From Tubiluchus corallicola (Eukaryota; Animalia; Priapulida): 64,000 bases of DNA. Below, piece by piece: positions 25,561-36,317 of the stretch (position 1 is the stretch's first letter; the number at the start of each line of letters is the position of its first letter). Where the stretch lies: the NCBI GenBank assembly GCA_030141605.1, contig JAQGDQ010000082.1, positions 558,001-622,000 on the forward strand, in the 5' to 3' direction. The translations under genes were made by a program, and so were the position numbers. Under the pieces are notes generated by a model. The model saw only the letters and a program-made list of their open reading frames with translations. It did not search any database and was not told the origin of the DNA.

Positions 25561-26583
25561 ATGTGGAAAAAAGGTGCATTAACTGCGTTTGTAATTATTT
25601 TAATACTATTCTTTTATGTTAGCATATTTTATCCTCAACAACTAGGAAGGAGGAGTAGTCAGGACAAGCTCCAACTGACTGATAGTTCCACCAAGGACTT
25701 GAACAAATGCAAGTGTGCAGATCATGGTAGCTGGTACTTTGACTATTGTTTTTGCCACCCTGGATATGCTGGAAAAGATTGCTGTGAAAGACTATTTTTT
25801 GACATGAAAAGCATGAAAGTATGTCCAAACCTTGCCCAGAAAACAACGTATGACAAATTCATGGAGGTGGAAAATATTTCGGCGACTTGTTTCTCCCATC
25901 ATGAAAATGGCATCGTGCAAGTGCCACAGTTTCTTTGGAAAAAGGCACAAACTAGTGAGCTAAAAATATGGTCACGCTCAGGAAAGCAAGGTGACAGATT
26001 TGCTGAGCATTATGAAGGCTTCAATTGGTATCGCAAGGTCCCAGTTCAGCTGGGAAACTTGGTTGAAATTGGTGCTGGTCCATTTACTCAAACATTGTAT
26101 CTGATGAAAGCCAGACATGATGTTAACATTTCACATGTGACACTAGTTGAGCCTATGGCTAACAAATACATGAAAACTGTCCGAAGGTGCACTTATAAGT
26201 CTGGAAGTTTACAGGGTTATCCAACAACTATTGTTTCGTCTCCTGGTGAAGTCTATAAGCAAATGAATGCATTTGACACTGTAGTGAGCATTAATGTTGT
26301 AGAACATGTGCAGGATGCATTGGAATTTTTGCACAACATCTACACATGCTTAAAATACAATGGCACACTAATTTGGCATGAAAGGTGGAATCCTGTGCCT
26401 AAACATGGTCAAAAATATGATCAAATACATCCTATACGAATATCTCGTTTAGTAGTTGATAAATTTTTAATGGGTTTTGAACCACTGTATGCGAATACAA
26501 AACCTACTTCAGCTGCTGTTAAACGAAAAAAGAATCAGACAAGCATATACTTTGTTGGCCTTAAAAAATTTAATTTCCGCTGA
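25561..26583 (+). CDS. Intronless predicted type II membrane EGF-like + class I SAM methyltransferase (copy 2, paralogue of 13468-14511)
   Basis: Intact ORF from ATG 25561 (MWKKGALT...), colinear with copy 1 apart from a short indel in the stem. EGF cysteines, LVEIGAGP and FDTVVSINV motifs retained. AATAAA at ~26632. Confidence 0.85.
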   Translation: MWKKGALTAFVIILILFFYVSIFYPQQLGRRSSQDKLQLTDSSTKDLNKCKCADHGSWYFDYCFCHPGYAGKDCCERLFFDMKSMKVCPNLAQKTTYDKFMEVENISATCFSHHENGIVQVPQFLWKKAQTSELKIWSRSGKQGDRFAEHYEGFNWYRKVPVQLGNLVEIGAGPFTQTLYLMKARHDVNISHVTLVEPMANKYMKTVRRCTYKSGSLQGYPTTIVSSPGEVYKQMNAFDTVVSINVVEHVQDALEFLHNIYTCLKYNGTLIWHERWNPVPKHGQKYDQIHPIRISRLVVDKFLMGFEPLYANTKPTSAAVKRKKNQTSIYFVGLKKFNFR

Positions 26584-27116
26584 GGTTGTTTACAAGGAAT
26601 AACTTTTCATAACTGTTTAATTTATGTTTATAATAAATTGGTTTTCTGCAATAATACTGTTGCATTTTTTTCTTACTCCACCATTTTGTAATTTTTGCAA
26701 AAATGATTTCTTCTCACTTTCTTATTCTCTCACACATTTTCAAAGGTTTTACCAACATAGTGCATGAGTTAAGTCTGAATTCTGTCATTTTCTTGATTTA
26801 TTATTTTCCTTCATTCACTGTTAATTTTCATTTTTTTCTGTTACCCTGGAACTTCTGTTTCTGAAAAATATTATCACAAATGCATTAGCATTTTATCCTC
26901 GTTCATTTAATTATTCAGTTTTCCCTATGTTTGTCTATCCCTAACATCCACATGAAACTTTAACAAAATTTTAGTGATTTGATTCAATTTTGCGCAGCAA
27001 TCCAATGGATTTAAAGATGGAACCGTGGCCACCGTTTGAGAGGAAAAATATAGACTGCACCTAACATCAAGCTTGAGCGTGAGAAAGGCATTCTGTCGGT
27101 ATAGAAAATCTATAAT

Positions 27117-27755
27117 ATTGCGATTGCGATTGCGATACTCGACTCTCTCCACCTATCCGAGGCGGGCACCTTTATAGGGTGCAAAGTCTCTTCTTCTTTA
27201 ACGCTGATCTTTTATTTGTCTTTTCCAAGTTTAATGTCTTTATTTGTCTTTATCCTGTATTCCATACATTCGTTCACTAGATTTCTAATTTCTAGCAATC
27301 CTTCCTTTTCACTGTTCATTAATACTTCCGAGTTCAAAATTTTTTTCCATTCTCCATATCTGTAACATCTAAGCATATGTTCAGTAGTGTCATCATCTTC
27401 CTCACACACTGGGCATAATAACTGATCCTTAAACTCATTCTTGTAGTTCCCCTTAACTTTAATCATATTCAGTCTTATTTTCGATATATCTTTAACCTCT
27501 TCTGGCTTGCATGTGTCTATGTAATTTTGTCGTTTCCACTCGGTATGCCTTAAAAATCTTAATTTAGTGCTGCTCCTGCATTTTTCTGCACATTCGCTCT
27601 TTATACAACGTTCAATCTTATTCTTTATTTCTTTCTTCCATTCAGACTTTTTCATGACCTTCACCCTTTCTTTATTAGCATCTATGGTATATATTTTTGC
27701 AGTCTCAAATACTTCATTATACCATGACCTTTTGTCATACATCATACCATGAACA
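27117..27755 (-). mobile_element. Short 3' fragment of an RTE/RTE-X-like LINE with an (ATCGCA)n tail
   Basis: ORF 27212-27745 carries KIRLNMIKVKGNYK...LCPVCEEDDDTTEHMLRC (CCHC C-terminus). Plus-strand (TTGCGA)3 at ~27118-27136 is the tail. Confidence 0.75.
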
Positions 27756-28907
27756 TATTGACTATGTTGATTTACAATGTCAACTTCGACCTTTCAGCTT
27801 CAAGACTTTTGTTTGACACCGGTTTAATGGTTGCGTCCTATAACGTGGGTTTTTTTTAAATTAAGTCCAATTGTAAGAATCTAACTGAATATGAAAAGAA
27901 CTTACGACGACGTTGGCGGCAAGACAGTTGAGTACGTTCCGATAAGTAAGTATAAATGATAATAAGTTGAATGACGTAATGACCAGGTGCACGATTTGGG
28001 CACTTTCTGAAATTTTGTTTTGAAACCTATCGAAGTTAGTAGCAGGTATAATGTGCACACAGGACTATATGTGGTGCCTGCTTAAGTATAACCAGGAAGC
28101 GGTCCTCGTGTGTACATACATACTGGCATTGCTGAGAATCCTCTCAGGCTTGTAGCCTTTCTCTAAGTTAATAATGCTCTTTTTTGTTTATGTACTTGAT
28201 TTGTAGTGTGTTATTTATGTATAATTCTAATAAATAAATAAATTTAATCTGAATCTGACTTATAAATCCGCTGCAACACTGCTCACTGTATCAGATACCC
28301 GATTAGCCTTATCCATTCCCATGTAATCAAATGGCATTGTGTTGTTGTTAGATATAATCAAAATTCAAATGTTATTCCACTTAGATTTAGACAATGACAT
28401 GGCGTAATATTGGACATTTACTGAAAAATTTATTTGTTTGAAATCTTTATAGATAGGAATTTTATTTGGGTTATTGCCACAAGCTCATAACGTGTCAAAA
28501 AATTCACATATTTTCTGATGGCAACCCAATATTTGCACATGGGTATACATAGTTTATGAAGCAGACGTGGGTCATTCACCAATTAGACATTGTACCAGTA
28601 CTTGATAGGCTTAATTTTGATACTAATACCCTGGTTGCAGTGGCAGCAACATGAACAGCCAACATGTATATGAAAATAAACAGCTTAATCCTCATTCACA
28701 ATTCATCTAGCCATGAATCATGCAAATGAAAAGTAGACCAACACTTCATTTTTTGTATGTACAGTTTGACCTTGAGTGTGTGTATAGTTTGGTTCCTAGG
28801 TGTTCAAGTTGTCCAAAAATTAAATATGTTTTGGTAATCCAACCTGCCTAGTTTGCCAGCAAATAGAACCCAGTTTTCATGTGGTATTCTTACAATTCCA
28901 CCTCATC

Positions 28908-29359
28908 TAGGGTTGCCAGACGTCCCTTATATACGGGACATGTACCATATTTGATAATTTTGTCCCTTGTCCCTTACTGACCTTTCAGGGACACTCAAAT
29001 GTCCCATATTTAGTTCATTTTCAAATTTCGTAACAAAAATATTTTTTTGCAATAATTTCACATTCCCAGAATTTCTTTTAGTTATCTACATTGCCTGTAT
29101 TAACTGATAATAATATTTCTCTGTTATCTATATTAAATAAAAATATCCAAATGATTTTACTTTTACAGAATTTTTTAGCTTGTAATTGTTTTAAAACGGT
29201 AACCCATTTGAATCCTTGCTTTGTGCTTTTAACTTATGTCTCTACTTTTATATGATATTTTGGTCTGGGTGTGTGGGCATGTATAAATTTATACCTATTA
29301 ATATATAGAGAGATTTTAAGAGTGTCCCATATTTCTGATTTTCTAATCTGACAACCCTA
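28908..29359. mobile_element. hAT (Blackjack-like) non-autonomous element / MITE
   Basis: TIRs TAGGGTTGCCAGA and TCTGACAACCCTA, with subterminal GTCCC/GGGAC motifs. The flanking 8-mers ACCTCATC and ATTTCATC match at 6/8, consistent with a decayed 8-bp TSD. Confidence 0.75.
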
Positions 29360-29719
29360 ATTTCATCATCTATCAGACTTTCTATCAAGACAATAAGAAT
29401 ATTTCTTAAATAAAGTCAAACTAGAAATCTTTTAGGTATTAAACTAAAAAACCCTAAGACTCTTTTTTCCATCTGGGCATCATAGGTGGCTCTCCTAAAG
29501 CATTTTTATCACTTTTTTAGACTTTATTTCCTAAGATGATGTAACAACAGTTACTTCAGTCGAAGTCCATCCTTTAACCAATAAATTAAGTTAATTAATT
29601 CTTGGCACTTGTTTGTAATGTGAAAGTAGCATGGGCGTGGTTTGTTTGAGCACCAAGAAATGCGGGTAGTTATTGTTCGAAATTTATTTTCTCAAGGATT
29701 CATGCAAAGTTGCAAGTCC

Positions 29720-29858
29720 AAAGACTGCGAAATGTATTTGTGTTGTGTCCAGGTGAGCAAAACATGTCAGATTTAAAACACTGTATAGGCAAAAACTATG
29801 CACAAAGACTGTGAAATGTAATTGTGTCCAGGTGAGCAAAACATGTCAGATTTAAAAC
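29720..29858. repeat. Tandem duplication, two copies of a ~55-60 bp core
   Basis: AAAGACTGYGAAATGTA...TTGTGTCCAGGTGAGCAAAACATGTCAGATTTAAAACA occurs twice. Confidence 0.85.
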
Positions 29859-30249
29859 ATTGAATCGGAATGAGGAATAATGTAGATGCATGGAATATTA
29901 CATACGAGTATAGTAAGCATATATTTATTACTAGAACCAATTTTTGAATATAATTCACTTAATTTGTTGAAAAACTGATCAGCATTTGTATACCAGATAT
30001 TAATTCCTTTAGCTTTAATAGGTTTAACATGATTACAAGTTGTCACTCGTACACTACACAAATTACAGCAGGATGGGGAAGTAAATGAGAGACCAGTAAA
30101 ATACATATTCTTATATACAGTTGCAATGCTATACTTCATTCCCTGGAATAAGTAAATGCGTAAGCAGATGATCTACACAGTGAGTGAAACTGCTTTGACC
30201 TTACTGATGACTGAAATTCACTGTACCTCTTTGGAATTTCACTTTGCAA

Positions 30250-31405
30250 TTAAATTAAAATAATCTTACTAATTATTTGTTAACACCATACATAACCTTC
30301 AAGCAGAGAAAGCAAAGGAAAAGCAAAAATTAAGAGAGAAGAAATAAATGGAACCAACAAAAAACTGGTACATAAACTATGGGAGCAGCAATTAAGCCAT
30401 ACCGTAAATGACCCCACTCCTACTTTGGAACGAAAATGCAAAAAACTTGTAATCATGTTAAACCTATTAAAGCTAAAGGAATAAATATCTGGTATACAAA
30501 TGTTGATCAGTTTTTCAACAAATTAAGTGAATTGTATTCAAGAATTAGTTTTTGTGATAGAACTATTCTTGTGATAGCGATTGCTGTTCAAACTGATTTA
30601 TAAATTTGGATGCGAATCTCTACAAGAGCGTGCGCTTTCTATGTTATACTGTGGATCCCCAATATATGTTTCAACTGGACGCGGCATTTGTTTATATGTG
30701 CACGACTCTATAGATTACATCAATATTCCCTGTAAATATTATAAAATAGCCTGTGGTATCAAAGTAAGATTGTTGGGTAAGGAACCTTTATCATTGGTGC
30801 TAGTCTATAATAGCTCGTCTTCTTTACAAGGAGAGAATGAAGCCTTAATTAAGTTTATAAATTATCATCAGTTACAAAGTTGTGTCCTGATATTGAACTT
30901 CTGTTTTTTACATGTGATCAAGTTTGATTACACCTTGGGAATCTGAATCATTGTAAATCATCACCTGACATTTTTTGTAAACGTATTTTAAAAGAATGTA
31001 AAGATTCTCTTTGTGTACCGATAATAAATATTATTAATGCTTCTTTTACTATGTGTGAGATACCAAGTCAGTGAAAAAAGCACATATAATTCCTATTTTT
31101 AAAAAAAGAGATAAAATAATTTATCTATTTGGAATAAGCTTTCCTGCATGAGTTAGACTTTCATCATCAGTGAACATTTTCAAAAATTTGTTAGATGAAC
31201 ATTTTAGAGAGCACCCACTGAAATATGATCATCGAGCTTTGTTATCCCTGCCACCTCCACATGTGCTCGATCATATATTGTACTAAATCAATGTTCTGTA
31301 TGCTTGTCAGAAATTTGTATTGTTAACCATGTGTTCTAAAGTTTTTCGGAACTACATGAAAAATAAACTACTACTACTATTACTACCACCACCACCACCA
31401 CTACT
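30250..31405 (+). mobile_element. Heavily deleted CR1-like LINE relic with a (CTA)n/(CCA)n tail
   Basis: APE start GINIWYTNVDQFFNKLSEL and GRGICLYVHDSI, RT piece KKAHIIPIFKK, and C-terminus IWNKL...SVNIFKNLLDEHF. AATAAA then a CTA/CCA microsatellite at ~31362-31405. Confidence 0.7.
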
Positions 31406-31759
31406 AATTAACAAATGAAATTGACCTCTTAATTTACCAAATTCACTTGTTTGTGAAGAGGACAATGGTACACTAAATGTTCATTAATTAGGTAATATAA
31501 AATATTGACAGTTCAATGTAGTATAAACTTATGAAACTTAATTATGTTTATTATTTTCTCAATAATTAGTGGATTCTAAAACACCAAAATTACACAGCAT
31601 CAAATAATCTTTTAATTTGAAAATCGCAATTGCAAAAAAATTTTTACACCAGATACTAGAAATTAAACATAACAAACTGTTGAGGAAATTATTAATCAAA
31701 TACTGTTAATTATGATACATATCATATGTACATACGTGGATGTTCTAATCATAACACTG

Positions 31760-34700
31760 TCAACTGTATAGCCAGTAAATGTCTGGTATATCAGGCTGTC
31801 TTTTTAACCTTAGGAGTTCTGACACTTCCTTTATGTAACCTCTTGTAACATTTTTTATGCTCTCCGAAAATGGGTCAAATGTTGCATCTTGTGTAATGTC
31901 ATTTGATTTTCGCTTGAACGATCCTTGGCTGTTTTCCAGAGTGCAGTTAAATCGCTCGGCAGACACATCCAAATTCAAAAACTTTATTACTCGACGAAGC
32001 TGCACAGCTAAGTTTGTTTTCATGTCTTCATAGTGAACAACGAGAAGATTCCTGACAACTTTCAAAAACGTTGTATTGATCTCATACCAAAATCTTGTTT
32101 GTTCATTTGCAAATCTCCCAAAAACTGCAAAATAAAGTACAGAATTGAGCTGTACACCAAAACTTTTATTCATGTTTTTACCATTGCTAATGGTCTACAT
32201 GGCAGTGTCAACAGATCTGCTTTGACCAGTGTCAACAGTGCCTACATGGCAGTGTCAACAGATCTGCTTAGCATGTAAGTCATTTTGATGATCAAAAATT
32301 GACATGATAGTTGCCTGCACTTTTTAGAGTGAGAAGACACATTGCTTTAAGGCTTAACCTGATACCACAACTTTGATTAGGAATGTAGGCCTATTTGGAG
32401 ATTTTTTCTTTCTTACAAAAATACATTTATATGACACCATTTTGAGTATTTGGTTGTGTTTTTGCTTGAAATCTTAGAAGCCCTATTTTTTTAAATTAAA
32501 ATATTAAAACCCAATTAAAAAACATTTCAGGATGAGGGCCTGGTTCACCACCTTCATGACTTTTTAGCAATAACAATTCATGCAGTAACTTGATTAGTGA
32601 AAAACACATTCAGTGAACAAATTCAGTCCATACTGTACTCTCAATGATGAAGGTTATGTGATGTACTTAGTTTCTAAAGGCTACCCCCTTAACTGAAGAA
32701 GTACCTTTTTATGCGAGGTGTCTTTCTTATAATCAAGTGACGATATCAAAATCATGTGTTCTCTGCATCCAATCCAGTTATGCAAGCTTTCCCATGGATA
32801 AAGCCAAGCAGTGTCAGCATTTTATATTTTCCTTCTGTTATAAACAGCGTCTACACATGCTACTTACTTTCTTTCTTGAAATCCTCTCTTGACAGTGTTT
32901 GGGTATGAGAATTTCCTTTCAGGCTGCCATCTTTACCACGGAATCTCCGCTGGAAATCTGCAACTGTGGCTCTAAATGGATTGCGTATGAGCAGTATGGC
33001 ACCGCCATGTTTGTTGTAAATATGGGCATCCTGGCTGAGATGTGACTTAATTAAAATCACTATACCCTGCTCAATACTCTTCATTTCGCCCAAAAAACCT
33101 GCATAAAGAATGATGTTGAACTGTATATAGGCAAGATAGATGGGGTACAAAAGTTTCTGGTTAGATTTACCACAATTTCTGCCTCAATTTTGTATTATTT
33201 AAGTAATTATAGTTTAACAGTTTTTCTGCTGGGCTCACAGACATATTATATGATCTAATATAGATAAAATGTAGTAAAATGTCATGGATGCCATCTTCTT
33301 TTCTGAAGACTGAAGAACGTGGCAAGCCTGGCTTCAGAATAGGACACTTGGTAATCTCAGTAATAGACAGTTGCAAACTGTTGCTACACAAAATTAATAA
33401 GGTTATCCAACCCAGTGTAAAGTTAAAGTTTGATACTAATGTATTCAGGTGTGTTTTCCATCAACTTTGATTAGTTTGATATGGGTGGTGTTTACCAGTG
33501 AAATCAGCAAATATACACTAACAAGATTACAAGATTTTGTTCACACAGAATATAATGTGGTAGGCATATGGTAGACCCTTTGCTTCAAAAAGATCAATAA
33601 TTCATTTTCAGGTCCTGCATCACAAACTCCTAATTTATAGCGTGCTAACATCTTGATTATATACATGTTAAATGCAAGTACGATGAGCAAAACCTTTCTG
33701 GTATAGGTTGCTGTCATGGTATTCGCTTCCCGTGAAGACTCCGCTCAAAAGTTCGACTAAGTGGCGCATCCATGTGTTCCCCGATCCAGGCAAACTAGCT
33801 AATCCCTGCTTCTTGTATGTATGTAGAGGTGCTAGCTCGATTATCCCACATCTTTGGTCTGTCAATCGCACAATATCCATTTTAAAATTTTACGAAAAAA
33901 ATGAGTTTTTTATCATATAAATGCATAATAGCAACATCTGAAAAATTTTGCAACTCTACTAGGACTCGATCCCCAGACCACCTGCTTCCAGGTAGCTGCA
34001 TTGACTATTACTGCATAACTTTTCTGCATAACTCAGTAAAAGACTCAGACTCAGTAGTGACTAAGAATACCACTTAAATCGGATTAGTATTGATTGTTGA
34101 CTAAAATTTAATTTTTCCATTTCGTGTCCTATTGAAGACTGATTTGTTGAACAAATATTGTCTGTGACAGTTTAGATGCTAATGCATAACTGTCAATAAT
34201 AACTGTAATGCTAGCTTTGTAAGTAACTTAAACATTAGCTTTCGAAAAATGCAAAATGTACATCTTTCAAATGTTCTTTTCGGTGTGTGACTATTGGATA
34301 AGAACATACCCTCAACTCTTCTGATAACCTTCTTGTGATGGTTGATGAGGTATAAAGGCATTCGATTTCTGGCACAGGCATTTGGCATTTTTCCACGTCG
34401 CCATATTACTCCTCTGGAATTCAATTTTCCACAGTAGCAAGTGCGGCTGTTTGAGTCAATCACAACATTTTTCCATGATGTTTGAACTCTACCAAATAAT
34501 ATTAGCTAATATAGTACCTGTGAAATATTAACTGGCTCTTAGTTTTCTAATTATTGATCTACATTTTATATAAGAATTTGTAAAGTTACATTGCTAATTC
34601 AAGTTCATGGTACTACGACCATTTAGCTACTGCAGCCACGAAGTGAGGGATCCTTAAAGGTTGATCATATTGTTGTTGTTTTTGTGGTTATTGTTGCTGT

Positions 34701-36086
34701 AGGTGTTGTTGCTGTTGGTGTTCTTTTTTCACATTTATCTTTGAATGCTATCATCGATACAGTTACAGTTTCATCGTGGAAAACTGAAATTTTGCATGAA
34801 AATACTGCGGACCATTGTGCCTGAATTTTCGTTTTCCTAATACGGCCCTCAGATATGTTGGTTAAATGGATCACACCCATTAAATGGTTCTGCCCTATAT
34901 GTTGTTACATTGTTGCGCATATTCTAAATTTTTACGAAAAAATAGACCATGACAACAGTAAAACATTTTCCATGATTTTCTTATGGAAATCATTAACTTT
35001 CCAAAAAATGAGCAATAGGACATGCCACATCCAAGAACATTGGTGCTCCTGTTTTAGTTGATTTTTTATTTTGTACTATGCAGCAATTACAACCATCCAT
35101 TGAAACTTCCTGTTGAAATACATTATGTTATTTATGTACAATACTCTAGCTTACATTGTTATATTTACCACAGAAATCGTGTGAATCTTTCAAGGATTTA
35201 GCTGCACTTTTTACATTTACTGTAATGTATCTGCTGTCTTTCAAGGTGGGCTAGCATCTTATATATTTTTCTCAATGTGATTTAAACTGCTGTTTTCTCA
35301 AACTCTAATCGAATCAGAATCAAGTGATTAGAAGGCGAATGTTATGGTTATTTTCAATATTTTGAAATATTTTTGGATATTTTTACCTTTTAAAGTCTTT
35401 GCATCTTGAAATACACTCATCGTGAAAACTATCAACACCGATTCCAATGTCTATTGTGAAAAGGCCATTTCTTGAATTAATGTGTGACAGTGACATGCAG
35501 TTTACAAAAGTAACTAGAAAGAAATACATCAAATTCAAACAAAAGTTCATGTAATGTGGATACACCACTAATTTCAAAATAGTCGGAACATTTGTTTACT
35601 TTAAAATGATTTGCTAAAATTTTTATGAAATCTAGCATAATGAATCCGTATATTCTAAATACGTGTAACAAATCGCAACATTTGTTGATGTAATTAAAAC
35701 TACTTAGATGCAAAATCATTTTTTAAGAGAAATGAGAAAGTATGCATAGGTTGAAACATTACTTCTTGCAGGAGAAATTAAAGAAAAACCGTGATAAAAT
35801 ATAAATTTATTTTCGTCTTACCATCTTTCATGCTTTTAACTCGAGATGCCTTCTCAGCAATCGAAGAACGTTGCTGACTGGATGTGTGTGACTTAGTAAT
35901 AGTCGTATCGCTAAACTCCTCATTATTGTAACTCTGAGAGTGCTTACTCAGTGCCATTGACAGTAAGCATACATTGATAAGCAAAACTACTATGAAAATT
36001 ACTATCCATATTTTTCTCACACGTAATAACATTATAGAAGTGCTGCTTTTCATACATGGCCGGCTTATTGATCTTAGTAGCTTCAT
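31760..36086 (-). CDS. WSCD: WSCD-family (WSC domain + sulfotransferase) type II membrane protein, 6 exons, ~443 aa
   Basis: Exons 36086-35822, 35513-35387, 34488-34310, 33858-33694, 33098-32868 and 32124-31760; all GT-AG with consistent phases. TM IWIVIFIVVLLINVCLL; WSC-like C..ECISRC..TCYCG; PAPS motifs LASLPGSGNTWMRHL and AILLIRNP; VVHYEDMK; RFNC...GSFKR. Confidence 0.85.
32195..32270. repeat. Short intronic tandem repeat
   Basis: CTACATGGCAGTGTCAACAGATCTGCTT twice, with a partial CAGTGTCAACAG between the copies. Confidence 0.8.
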
Positions 36087-36317
36087 ATGTTACTGATCCA
36101 TCACTTGCTGTTTTCATGTTAAAAATGAGAGAGCGAGCGAGGTCCCTGACACCTTGCTATCAGACCAGTTCTCTGCTTATATTACACACCAAGGCATCAA
36201 TTATGCGTCCCCCTGGGGAATAATTGTCGTCAATCATATTGGTCTATCGTTTCGCCTCCGTTATGACGTAACTACAGTCAGCGGCATTCGGGTCATCGGC
36301 TTGCAACTCTCTGCAAC
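36087..36317. promoter_or_regulatory. Probable bidirectional promoter between the WSCD-like gene and USP39
   Basis: Locally GC/CpG-richer segment between divergent genes, with a CRE-like TGACGTAA (~36264) and an ATTGG (reverse CCAAT) at ~36238. Depends on the uncertain USP39 first exon. Confidence 0.45.

Noticed and set aside
28050-28260. Possible SINE/LINE 3' end with an (AAAT)n and TCTGAA tail
   Set aside because: No pol III boxes, TSD or coding relic identified.
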